DNA of 64,000 nt from Octopus sinensis (lineage: Eukaryota), in assembly GCF_006345805.1 (NCBI RefSeq), contig NC_043002.1, positions 21,514,001 through 21,578,000 of the forward strand, given 5' to 3'. Made by a program: the position numbers and the translations under genes. The notes beneath the pieces are model-generated. The model made no database searches, was not told the DNA's origin, and saw only the letters and a list, made by a program, of their open reading frames with translations. The first letter of the stretch is position 1. Each line of letters opens with the position of its first letter. Below, piece after piece: positions 37,834 to 50,808 of this stretch.

Positions 37834-40081
37834 TCAACTTACAGATCTCTTCACACTACCGATCATACATGATAAAAAACACAATATCGCATATACGAAA
37901 CACAACAAATATAAACTCAACAAATATATAACAACTGACGTTGTATGCAACAGACAAAACACTAAAATAACATCAGAAACAATAAAAGAAACCCCACTAT
38001 GCAGCAAAATTGACGTAGCATGGAAACACATTTGTACACACCAAAAGACCGTAAGTGCTGCGTGTACCCCAGGAACACAAAGGTACACCTGACAATGCAT
38101 ATGAAACTATTGAATAATAATAATAATGATGATGATGATGATGATTTTTTTTATATTGGCCCATGGCCACGTTTTATTTAGAGAGGAATACAGTGAATTA
38201 AATTGACTCCAGTAGTTGACTGGTTTGTATTGTATTGACCCAGAAGGATGAAAGGAGACTTTGCAACCTTCTATCTTAGTTTGAAATCATTATTGATTGA
38301 AAGGTGACAATTAGACATAAATGATAGAGCAGCACATTGAATGGTTTATTGTATTTATTTTCCTTGCTTCTTTGAGTCCAAATCCAACCTTACTTACACA
38401 CACACTCATATACTCACAAAGGCACCTACACACACAACATGCGTACAAACATATGCAGTCACAAGGTCTTCATTTCTTTGTTTCTCATGCCTCTCCTTCT
38501 CAATTTAGTCTTTCTCCTTTCACCAATGTGTTCCTCTATTCATTCCGTATCTATATATCTATCTATCTATCTATCCCTCTCTCTCTTTCAACTGTCTGCT
38601 GTGCTTCTCTCCTCTGGTTATGTGTACTCACTGGTTAAATCTCTAATGCTGTTATTGACTGATCTTTCACAATGGCCCGACCAGCCAATCAACTGAACAG
38701 CCAGCCAGTCAACTGATCAACCAAGTGCTGGACTGACTGACCAACTGACCAACACTGCTATGTGTTCAGTTGCCAATCAATTCAATAACGTTAGTAACAG
38801 TGGACATAAAAACAAAAGCAGCTGTTGTTTTCCAGATCATGCAAATATTTATCAACATCTGTTTTACTTCACAAACAGTTTGGGAGTTTTGGTGAAGAAG
38901 AGTAGGTGGGTAAGTGACTGAGTTATGTGGATGTTTCATCAGGTGGTCTACCCCATAAGTTGTGTGTTCAAATCTACAATAGGTGATTTGATGTGTATCA
39001 ACTTATAAATTAACTGATAATATTTCAATGCATGTAAGGCGACCAGCTCACATAATTGTTACTGTGCCGGGCAAAATGCTTAGGGGTATTTCTTCCGACT
39101 TTGCATTCTGAATTCAAATACCATTGGGGTTGACTTTGTCTTTCATCATTTTGAGGTTGATAAAATAAGTACCAGTTAAGCACTAGGGTTGACGTAATTG
39201 ATTGGCCCATGCCCATGAAATTGCTGGCCTTGTGCCAAAATTTGAAACGAGTATTTTAATGTAACTGTTGTTTAATCGCCAAGTCAACTCTGATGAGCAA
39301 ACCCTTGCTCAAGAGCATTCCAACTGTGACCCTCTCATCCTTTTCTCATCTGTAGCATATCCAGAACCACACTATCCAATGCATCTTTCTTAGTCAAGGT
39401 AGAGAGGTGTAACAGGTATTATTTATTAGGCTGTTTGTTTTAATAAGATGAGTGACCATGAAGAGGTTCTTTGTTAACTTGTTTATGTAATATTAGACAT
39501 TCAAAGCACTAGTTTGGAAGATAAGAGAAAATAATGCCCACTGATTGGCCTCAAACCATGTATTATTTCTCTTGGGAATAAACTAGTTAAAGTAGCAGAA
39601 GCAAATGATAATTTGTGGTTTGAGAAAGTAGAATGGCAGGTGCCTTATCATATAATTGGTAATGTTGCCACATGGTAAACAGTGGGTGCTGGGTTCAAGC
39701 CTCATTGCTCAACCTGTTTCTCTGTTTGGTCTAAAATTGATATATATAATGCCTAATATGTTATAATTGTTGTTTAGCCCTTGGTCATCTCCTCCCTCAG
39801 AGCTGATCTATAGTGAAAGGTGTACAAGTTGTGACTATCCTGCCTTTATTCATGCACAGTGTATCTAGTATTATCCACTGTAAAATATCGTCTGTTTGCA
39901 GAGCAGTAAAGTATAGTTTGACAGTGATTTGACTACTATTTACAGCAGGTTGATTAACTATAGATGGTAATGCCCTAATATTGTTTTGACAGTATGTCTG
40001 TGACATTATATAAAAATATCAGTTACTTCGCTTTTGTATTTGGTTTGCGAGATTCTTGATATGAATTCATGTCTTGAAGCA

Positions 40082-40266
40082 AATTTTGTTGTCTTCTGGG
40101 AGAATCATTACATCAATATTAATAACACACACCAATTCAATTCCACCTCTTTATATTTAGTCATTTTGTTAGATATTTAGCCAATTGCCTTATAGCAAAG
40201 AAGTGGAATTGAACCTGTGCATGTGTTATTATTGGCATGATGACTCCCTTGAGACACAGCAAAATT
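40082..40266. repeat. Degenerate inverted repeat (~70-bp arms)
   Basis: aattttgttgtc..gggagaatcat..aataacaca..ttcaattccacctctt versus aagaagtggaattgaa..tgtgttatt..atgactccc..gacacagcaaaatt. Confidence 0.6.
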
Positions 40267-40747
40267 ATCAGTTACATTGGTAATATATTTACAGTAGCAG
40301 TTACACTGAGGCTATATCATTATATTTGTTATATAATGTGCATATATCAGCTTGACTTGATTATCAGGAGCTGGAGAACAGCTTCATCATTATCATCATC
40401 ATCATCATCAACATTGTCATTTAACATCCGTTTTCCATGCTGGCATGAGCTAAATGGTTAGACAGGAGTTGGCATCTAGTGAACTACACCAGAAGTAATA
40501 CATCCTCTCCTTAGATTAATGTTACTGTTCCGATGAGAATCTGGGGCTAAGAATTGGCTACTAGTTGATTGATGCCATGAAGCATGGAACTCTCCTGCAG
40601 CTTTGCTTCTTGTTGTAATTCTTAAAATGAAAGAGTAGTTGGTGGGGAGATTTGATTCTTTGGGTCTAGTCACTATCTAATGATGAAAATCAGTAAAAAA
40701 AAAAAGAAAAGAAGAAAAGGAAATTAAATGCACACAATATATATGTT

Positions 40748-40893
40748 GACGTTAGGAAGGGGCATCCAGCCATAGAAACATTGCCATATCAGACTGGGCC
40801 TGGTGCAGCCTTCTGGCTTCCCAGACCCCAGTTGAACCGTCCAACCCATGCTAGCATGGAAAGCAGACGCTAAATGATGATGATGATAATGAT
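40748..40893 (+). mobile_element. Family A RTE 3' end
   Basis: ttaggaaggggcatccagccatagaaac...gcagacgctaaatgatgatgat. Confidence 0.8.
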
Positions 40894-41221
40894 GTACTTT
40901 TGAATTTACAAATGGTAAAAAGAGAGCTCACTTTGTTGCCCAGAGTATATATGTGTGTATACATGTATATGTGTGCAGGCATTATTTTTGAAGCTGGAAA
41001 CCCTTCTAGTTACTCTGGAGTTTAGAATTTCATCTATAACACTTATTAAGCATTTCTGATGCAAAATCTGAAGCCACAGAATATCTTCTGTACTGCTTTC
41101 AGTTTCAAAAATGACCCTTTGATTTTTCTCAAGCATTGCTCCACAGAGTCAGCCCCTATAACTACCAAACACTTACTAAATCTTAACAATCTCTCTTTCT
41201 CTCTCCCCGTCTTTCTTTTTC

Positions 41222-41602
41222 GTATATATGTATTTGTGTGTCTGTGTTTGACCTTCCACCATCACTTGACAACCGATGTTGGTGTGTTTACATCCCTGTA
41301 ACTTAGTGGATTACCAAAAGAGACTGATAGAATAAGTATTAGGCTTCCAAAGAATAAGTCCTGGGGTTGAATAGTCTGACTAAAGGCAGTGCTTTAGAAT
41401 GGCCACAGTCACATGACTGAAGCAAGTAAAAGAGTAAAAGAAAATATATATATATATATATATATATAAGATGAGCGTCTTTCAGTTTTTGTATACCAAA
41501 TCCATTTACAGCCCAGAGCTGTAGTACATGACACTGGGACTGGATCTAAAACCACGTGGCTGGGAAGCAAGCTTCCTAACCACACAGTTGCGCCTATGCC
41601 TG
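41222..41602. mobile_element. SINE family B halves in opposite orientation
   Basis: 3' half on + (41222-41442), (TA)n, then 5' half on - (41470-41602). Confidence 0.7.
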
Positions 41603-42064
41603 TAGCCATAACTGCATGGCAAATTGTAAGTCTTTATTTCAGTGGCAATTACTTTAATGAACCTATCTTGCAAAAGTTATTGTCTAGATAATTAACCTAG
41701 GAGTTGTAGGTAAAAGAAAAACAACAAAGCAAAGCAAAACAATGACCTTGATCTCTGACCTCTGTCAGAGTAACTGTCTAATACTGAATGAACAGGTTTT
41801 CACATCCTCCTAAAGACTATTTAAGTTCATTTCCTCGGCTTTTCCTTTAGTTTCTTGTTTATCTTCTATTGTCTACATGTTCTACTGCACTCTTTAACTG
41901 CCAATTAGTCAATGCTTTCTTTTTGTATAAAAATAAATAAATAAATAAACTATGTAAATAATTAAATAAAATAAATTGAGTCTGGAATTTATCCAAATCT
42001 CGATTAACACATCACAGGTTGAACCTAACCAGACCTTCAACAGTTTAAAGCAGTTAACCATTTT

Positions 42065-43310
42065 CAATAATAATTGTTTCTAATGTAAGCACAAGGCCAG
42101 AAATTTGAATGAGGAAGTGGGCTGATTATATTGCTACATGCCTGAATGGTAGTTGATTTTATTGACCCTCGGATGGATGAATGGCAAAATTGACTTTGGC
42201 AGCATTTGAACTCAGAATATAAAGTTGCTGAACTAATACCACATGACATTTTGCTCCATGCTCTAATGGCTCTACCAATCCACTGTTTTCAACAGCAACA
42301 ACAGTGGAGGAACAATGGCCAAATGGTTAGGGCAGCGGACTCGCGGTCAGAGGATCGCGGTTTCGATTCCCAAACCAGGCGTTGTGTGTGTTTATTGAGC
42401 GAAAACACCTAAAGCTCCACGAGGCTCTGGCAGGGGGTGGTGGCGACCCCTGTTGTACTCTTTCACTCTTTCTTCCTGTTTCTTGTCCCCGACTTCCTGC
42501 ACAACCGCTGAGCCTGGATGCGCATTCATCCATCCGTCGATGCTCTTGGTGTCAGGGGTTGACCTGCTTTCTCTTCTGCGGGTCTTACGAATAGCAAAGG
42601 ACCACGTTTCAGACTTCTCCCATCTTGTGAGCACTGGGACGAAGACTGTTCGCTCAACAGCAACAGCATCAACAGCACAGCAACAGCAACAACAATAATA
42701 ATTCTTTCTACTATAGGCACAAGGCCTGAAAATTTGGGGGAAGTGGGCCAGTCAGTTTCATCTACCTCAGTGCTCAACTGGTACCTATTTCATAGACCCC
42801 CAAGCAAAATTTCATTAAATATTTCATCCAGCATGCTAACTACTCTGTCAGTTCACTGTTTTTGCAATGATAACAATAATGGCTTCAAACTTTTGGTACA
42901 AGTCTAGCAATTTTGGGGGAAGACGTAGGTCAATTGCATTGACCCCACTGCTCAACTAGTACTTAGTTTATTGACCCTGAAAGGATAAAAACCAAAGTTG
43001 TCCCTGGCAGTGTTTAAAACTCAGAAGGTAATGTTGGAAGAAATTCTGCTAAAGATTTTTTCTGGCATTATAATGATTCTGCCAGTTCACTGGCTTAACA
43101 ACAACAACAATAATAATGATAATATAATGCTTAGCAGTATTTTGTCTGTCTTTACGTTTTGAGTTCAAATTCTGTCGAGGTCAGCTTTGCCTTTCATCCT
43201 TTCGGGGTCAATAAATTAAGTACCAGTTGCATACTGGGGTCGATCTAATCGACTGCCCCCCCCCAAAAAATTTTGTGCCTTGAGCCTAGAATAGAAAAGA
43301 ATAATAATAA
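42065..43310. mobile_element. Cluster of family C SINE copies (several -, one + at ~43127-43300)
   Basis: Repeated ggcacaaggcc..aatt / ttattgaccc..aaaggatgaaagg motifs separated by (AAT/CAA)n. Confidence 0.7.
42305..42655 (+). mobile_element. tRNA-derived SINE family E inserted in (CAA)n
   Basis: ggaggaacaatggccaaatggttagggcagcggactcgcggtcagaggatcgcggtttcgattccc head; GC/CpG-rich body; (CAA/CAG)n on both sides. Confidence 0.75.
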
Positions 43311-44790
43311 TAATCCTTTGTACTTATAGGTTATTAGGTATGATCACAGAGATTTGGCTGCTTTGTCTTGCAGTTTTTGAGTGGTCACATAGTAGCTCTC
43401 CTTTTGGCTTGCAGGTTTCACATAATAGAGTATTTAAACTAAAACACTATGATCTGACAGGGTACTTTTTATGTAAACAGGTCAAATGGGTGGTCCTTAT
43501 ATGGACAGGAAACAAATTGATGTGCTTTGACCTCATATTGAAGTGCCCACTAGCCCAGCAGGTAATAGCCTGTTTTTATGTCTAGAGGACAATTTAACTG
43601 CTTCCCCTCTTTGTCTGCCCAATGACTTCAACCTGAAGCATTGATCTTGAAGGGGGCAAGAGTCATATATATATAGTGCATAAATGCATACATATATATC
43701 TGTGTTTGTGTGTGTGTGTGCATTGCATCATTGTCTTCATATCTGCTCCCTTGGGTACCCCTTATAGCCAATCCTTACCCTGCTAACTTGATCCTTGGTA
43801 AAGATTTTGGAGTGTAAGTTCAAATCTTTTGAGCTCTACTAAGTGTTTTCTGTATAGAGATTATCTTGGTCATATCTTTTAACTCTGTAAATGCATATAT
43901 GTATATGTATACATGTATAGGAACATATATATATGCTTGTATGCATGTGTCCATATATGTATATCTGTATTCATATATGGCTATACATACACATGTGTGT
44001 GTGTGTACATAAATAAACAATGGTGCATAGCAGTCAAGCAGTCAGGTTTGGGTTGGCCTGATAATAGTATTCAATCAGACCATTTTAACTGTATCCAAGT
44101 TGGTCAGTTCTTTAATTATGGTCACTAACTGTTTGCATAAGTCATTGACCAATCCGGGATTGAATCTGGCAGTTGTAGGTTTGTCAAGAAAGTAGGAGAG
44201 AGAGAGAGTGAACGAGAGAAAGAGAAAGTGAATGATAGAGATAGAGAGAGGGTGAATGAAAGAGAGAAAGAGAGAGGGTGAATGAAAGAGAAAAAGAGAG
44301 AGGGTGAATGAAAGAGAAAGAGAGAGGGGGAATGATAGACTGTGATATACTTAAAACCAGCCACTACTTGTTTCTTCTGAAGTCTACTTGAAAGGTAGTA
44401 CAGTATTTATATGCTCACCTACCCTCATCAGATACATATACATGCATGTTTGCACACATAGATGCATGTATGCTTGCATTCATTGCACAAACACAAAGTA
44501 CCTCCTGCTTGTACTGATATAGCCACACATATTTAAATATATACAAACAGGTAAAAATCTGAGGGAACCAACATTCATGCACTCACATGCTTACAAGCAC
44601 ACACACACACATTTTAATTCACTCACACTTCCATTCTCTCACATACATCAAGCATTCTCACATATATACACACTCATAAACATCATATGAACTACAATGA
44701 AGTTATTGAGTTTCTGTTGTCATAATTTATGTCTATCAACTTATGACCAATAAAAGAATTTATTATCATTACTTTCTATTACTATTGCTA

Positions 44791-44821
<31 letters not shown>

Positions 44822-45119
44822 TAAGGCAGTGAGCTGGCAGAATTGTTAGCACGCAGGCAAAATGCTTAGCTGCATTTTGTCTGCCACTACATTCTGAGTT
44901 CAAATACTGCCATGATTGACTTTGCCATTCATCATTTTGGGGTAAATAGAATAAGTATCAATCGAGTAGTGGGGTTGATGAAATCAACCACTTTCCTCTC
45001 CTTAAATTTGGAGGCCTTGTGTCAAACTTTGAAACTGTTATTATTATTGCAGAGGCAGTGAGCTAGCAAATTCATTAGGACATCGGACAAAATGCATTGT
45101 GGAATTTTATTTGGTTGTG

Positions 45120-45262
45120 ACCTTTGAAATACAAATGCTCCTCATTTTTGTCAGTTGAGGGAACTGGAGCAACATGAAATAAAGTGTCTTGCTCAAGAAC
45201 ATAATGCACTGCTGGTATTGAACTTATGACCTTGTGACCCTAACCACTAAGCCATGCACGTT
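45120..45262 (-). mobile_element. SINE family D fragment
   Basis: gactggagcaacatgaaataaagtgtcttgctcaagaacataatgcac..ccctaaccactaagccatgcac. Confidence 0.7.
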
Positions 45263-45308
45263 CATTAGAATTTTGTACCAACAAAGTACTAGGATTGATG
45301 GTATTGAA

Positions 45309-45658
45309 CAGTGCTTCTCAATCATTTTTTTATCTATAGACCCCTTTGATTACCATTTCATTATCATTGGTGGATTACCATTGGTGGATCCCCAAAGTCA
45401 TTCAATGTTTAAAAACTAGTTTTATAGAAACTTCTTTCAAAATTCCTATTTTGCTTTTCACACGTCAACTTGCATAGGTTGAACTTTGTAAAACATTACA
45501 CAAAGAAACTTAGCTGTTTCTTGTAAAATGCATACCAATACAAACGTCTAAAGCAAAGGTTTTTCAAGGACCCTTGAAATACAATAGTGGATCCCTAATA
45601 TACTATTTTGTTGTGTGAGCCCACAAAATTTTATATGGACCCTGGTTGAGAACCACTG
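45309..45658. mobile_element. hAT (Charlie-like) MITE, 350 bp
   Basis: TIR cagtgcttctcaatc / ggttgagaaccactg; 8-bp TSD gtattgaa / gtattgac. Confidence 0.85.
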
Positions 45659-46019
45659 GTATTGACTAACCTTCCTGGAGACTGAACCTGGAACTATGTA
45701 GTTGAGAAGCAAATTTCTTAACTCTACAGGTTATGCTTGTGTTATATATATATATAATGTGTGTGTGTGTGTATATATATCCCACTCATGCCAGCATGGA
45801 ATGTGGACATTAAACAGTGAATGATATAATCAGTGAAAGATTGGCTGTAAATTGATTTGTTGAATAAAAAGTTTTGTTTTGTTTGGACATACATCACTTT
45901 ACATGGGGAGAAATTTAGCCAGCTGGTCATTTTACCAATCTCTCTTTCTGAAATGGCTAGATACTTGTGAAGGTAGTGCTTTGGCATAGCTGCACTTGAA
46001 AGAGTGAAAGTAATAATAT

Positions 46020-46525
46020 AAGAAGGAGATATGCTGTGACTGTGAAGACCCAACAAATGAAGTGAGTTCATAGCTCGCAGGATGGCCTGCTGTGCTTCTC
46101 TTGGACCGTAGGGCAACTTGCTGTGCTTGAGGAGACCTATTGAGTCAAGTACATCAAAATAAAAATCAAATGGAAATTGTAGTTGTGATACCCGTGCTTG
46201 TGGCACGTAAAAAATACCATCCGATCATAGCCGATGTCAGCGCCGCCTTGACTGGCATCTGTGCCGGTGGCACGTAAAAAGCAACAACCAATCGTGGACG
46301 TTGCCAGCCTCCTCTGGCCCCTGTGCCGGTGGCACATGCACATAAAAAGCACCCACTTCACTCATGGAGTGGTTGGCGTTAGGAAGGGCATCCAGTTGTA
46401 GAAACACTGCCAGATCAGACCGGAGCTTGGTGCAGCCTCCTGGCTTCCCAGACCCTGGTCGCACCGTCCAACCCATGTTAGCATGGAAAACGGATGTTAA
46501 ACGATTATGATGATGATGATGATGA
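46020..46525 (+). mobile_element. Longest family A copy: apparent RTE ORF end plus complete 3'UTR
   Basis: RRYAVTVKTQQMK* followed by a UTR with three gtgccggtggcacgtaaaaagc-type modules and a (GAT)n tail. Confidence 0.7.
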
Positions 46526-47547
46526 ATGACAAAATGTCACTGTCTCCAAGAAATCTTCATTGATGTTGTTGGTAGTTTTTGCCCGCCTCTTACCATTAAT
46601 TCCAGTATTTCCATTGTACCTCACTCATTCACGTAGAAGCAAACACATATATAGTTCCATGCGCATACACACACTGACATATCCATACATACATCTGCAT
46701 GCTCACATGCATGTACACATGCACATGTAATCATACTTATTCAACCATAAATGTGTGAACACACACACACACACACATTTACACACATGGTCCTCCTCAT
46801 TTAAACACACATACTCACACCCACACGCAAGTACATACTCATTTTAACACGCACACACAAATACGTACATGCTCATACAAGCCACATGTACACATTCATA
46901 CACATAATTAACCTATAATTATACTGATTCTTATGACTATAATTAATCGTCAATCACGATTAATTAGACCCTCTGTTTTATGATTGCTGTTTATCATAAA
47001 TACAATTGCTGTAGCAAATGTGTAGCAAATGCCAGTGAAATGTTGATTTGTACCTGTGTGTGCATGCATGTGGTTATGTGTATGTGTGTGAGTCTAATAT
47101 CATTATAAATTACTATTGTTGTTGTTACAAGTGCAGGGGATTAGCATAATTGGTAGAGATATAGACAAAATGTATTGTGATATTTAGTTACATCTGTCTG
47201 TCTGTCTGTGTGTCCGTCTATCCATCTTTTTGTCTATATATCTATCTGTCTGTCTATCCATCTGTGTGTGTGTGTGTGTGTGTGTGCGTATGCATGCTTG
47301 TGTATGTGTGTGTGTGTGTATGTGCGCGCACATACATGCACAGACGTGTATGTGTATACTATGTGACTCTCTACAAATGCATATTGAGCACTATGGGATT
47401 TTGTTTGAATAAATAGTATCTGACTGCACGTGTGCATGTGTGTGTGTATATATAATTAAATAATAAGGGTAGAAATTGATATTAATCAATTAAAACCAGT
47501 GGCTTAGCATATTTAATAATCCGAAGATTAAAAGTTGTGTTACATAC

Positions 47548-47799
47548 AAAATTAAGAGGAATGACTACTAACTAAAGTGGACATTTAATATGCTAAACGT
47601 AGATGTCAAATTGCCATTACCACGAAGAGTGTGTTCTCAAGAAAAATCTCAGCAAAAACACCAAAATGTAAAACGGAGGAAGACAAATGAAAATTGTTCA
47701 TTTTTACATTTTGGTGTTTTTGCTGAGATTTTTCTTGAGATTTGACGTCTATGTTTAGCATATTAGGTGTCCACTTTAGTGGTCATTCCTCTTAATTTT
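47548..47799. repeat. Long inverted repeat/hairpin element in (TA)n
   Basis: Left arm 47548-47673, 28-nt loop, right arm 47702-47799; ~23-nt bulge in the left arm. Confidence 0.9.
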
Positions 47800-50339
47800 A
47801 TATATATATATATGAAACAGCTTACTTTTTAACCATGTTCTGTTGCCACTTGGACACATGGTACTTGTAGCACAAAACCAATACAACTTGAAGGATAAAA
47901 GAGTGGGACTAGTTCTTCCCACCATAATGATAGTCCCCTGCTGCTTTGTGTGATAATTTAGTAAGCATTTAAAAAGGCTAAGAGAGTAAACAGCTACAGA
48001 AAATTTGGAGGGTAAGACCCTAAGGTAGATATGTATCATTATACTTAACTAGTATCTGGTATCCCATGTAGCTACATGGATGCTGTGTATTTACTTGTTT
48101 CATTCATGATGCATCCGTGAGTGGAGTAGTGGTAAGTGCACTTGGGGCTAGGCTCTTATTTCTGGAAACGGGTAGTAAGTGTACTCAATGCCGGGCACTT
48201 GCGTTTGGAAATAGGTGGTAAGTGTACTTTCAAGCTGTATGACTAACTAAAAAAATTTTGTGATGCACTGGTCTCCGTATTCTTTGATATGTATGAAATG
48301 TTGTACTGGTATACCTAAATAAGTGATCAAAACCTTAGTTTGAATATATGTGTGTATGCATGCATGCGTACAATTTTTGTTAGGTATGCAATGCTAACTT
48401 GAAAGCTTTAGTGCAAGTGGACTAAAGAGATGGCTGATCTATAAAGAACAACACGGGAAGTGTGCAGGGGCGAGACATGCGATGTTGTTACTACAGACGT
48501 GATGACTTGCCAGAGGATAATAATGAAAGCTGTGTGTCAGTGAAGATGACATTGATGGTATGGTTAGATCTTAAGAGCCTTTGATTCACAAACAAGATCA
48601 AAATGGTACAAGATCAGATGAGTGGTAATACTTTGTTCTTCAGATCTGCCCAAGTCATGCCAGCACAGAAGGATATTAATTAAAAGAATGATGATAAGAA
48701 GACACACAAACACACATATATATACGTGTGTGTGTGCATGTATGTATATATGTATGTTTGGTTGTGTGTGTGTGTGCTCAGGTCTGACTGTTTCATTCCA
48801 CCTTCTCTAAAGATAGTTACAAATGGTGATGGCAACCAAATTAACCCTTTCCTCCTTATCGTTGTGGTAGTTTATATAATCCATGCTTATACTGAGAATT
48901 ATCCAGGGTAGTCGCTTAAGAGTACAAACAGCTCAACATCAAACTGGTTCACAGATCTTCCAATTTAAAATCTAAATCTTTATACTTGCCTACATACACA
49001 TGTATGTATGTATGTATGTACGTATATAGATATATCTTTTCAATTTGTCTATGGAAATGTTTTGAATATGCAAATAAAGCTCCTATTCCATTATGCCGGT
49101 GACAGTCTAATGATGCTGACTGCTGAACCAGTATTTTGGGGTTGCATCGAACCATACCGATATATTGTAGGATAAATATAATAATAATAATAGTAATAAC
49201 AATAACCCTAGGATGAAATTTATACACATTTACTGTATCGTTATGTGCATTTTCACAAAACACACACACACTCACACACACTGCATACATAGCTGAGCAC
49301 TTGTTGACTGTAGTGTTCATTTCTCAATGTGTTTAATCAATCAAGTTTTTGCCATTATTTAAGTTTTAGCCACATGTGACTTGGAAGAGAAGATCTAGCT
49401 AGTGGATTGTAAGCTTGGATTCCATTAATCAAGCAAGCCAAATGATGGAGATTATTGCAAGCTGATGCAAGAATGCAGTGTTTAGTGCTACTAGGCTGTA
49501 AGGGAGGCAATCCAGATAAAATTAAGTGTGGTTAGCTAAGAGATTTTAATACCTCGTTATTCCCTTTGATGTAGTCATTAACTGCTGTTAATTTCTGCAT
49601 TGATTGGTTGAAACTGTCCCTTGAGAGATACTCATCTGTGGTGGCAATAGGAATTCACTTCAGAGATACAGGCTGCTTCAGTCTATGCTGCTCCTCAAAT
49701 GTACCTTCCTCATATTCTAAAGTGTTATGTAACTGCAGCTTTTGCTTGTCTGAGAAGCTACATATATTAAAACAGCTGTGTTATTTCTCTACAAAAAAAT
49801 CCGGTATTATTTCCAATCAAGGATGAGCATTTCTCTTGGGATATTTTTTAACCAATCAACTGAAAAAATAATGCTAGCTAAAAATTACCACTAAAAGAAA
49901 TTATGAGAACTAAACCTGCTTAATAAAAGTTAACTATGGTCAGAGTGCTTTCCATGCATTCCCTTACATTGTGGCAACCTCAGTGCCTCACAACTACAGC
50001 TTGCAACAAGTTCCATCTCATGGCAACCAAGCTTACTCATAACCAATAAAACAAGCTTCTTTAAGTTGCATTTGGCAAGCACCTGAATAATTACGCACGT
50101 GACTTCATGTGTCTGAGACTTCAATCTTAACGACATATAAATACAAATTCTATGCAATGTATTTTGTTCTCTTTTCCTTTAGTGGCACACTTAAACATGT
50201 GTATATGTGTGTGTGTGTATGAGAGAGAGTGTGCGTAATGCATATGCACAAATAAATATATACAAATACATTTATATGCATGTGTGCTTCTTCATGTTTA
50301 CATATACCTCTCAATGTATATTTATAAATGCATATGCTT

Positions 50340-50697
50340 CATCATCATCATCATCATCATTTAACGTCCGCTTTCCATGCTAGCATGGGTTGGACGGTTC
50401 AACTGGGGTCTGGGGAGCCCGAAAGCTGCACCAGTCCAGTCAGATCTGGCAGTGTTTCTACAGCTGGATGCCCTTCCTAACGCCAACCACTCCGAGAGTG
50501 TAGTGGGTGATTTTATGTGCCACCGACACAGGTGCCAGACGAGGCTGGCAAACGGCCACGCTCGGATGGTGTTTTTATGTGCCACCGACACAGGTGCCAG
50601 ATGAGGCTGGCAAAACGGCCACGATTGGATGGTGCTTGTTACGTGCCCACAGCACGGAGGCCAGTCGATGCGGTACTGGCTACGGCCACGTTCGGCT
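50340..50697 (-). mobile_element. Family A RTE 3'UTR with internal ~60-bp duplication
   Basis: tttatgtgccaccgacacaggtgccaga..gaggctggcaaa..ggccacg x2. Confidence 0.85.
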
Positions 50698-50770
50698 TAT
50701 ATATCATATATATGTATATGCACATAGACATGTGCACAGAGGTCTGCTTAAACACAAAGACACATGTATT

Positions 50771-50808
<38 letters not shown>

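Noticed and set aside
39289-39315. ctgatga-gcaaacccttgctc hammerhead-like motif
   Set aside because: No GAAA or stem I; it is a variant of the family F repeat
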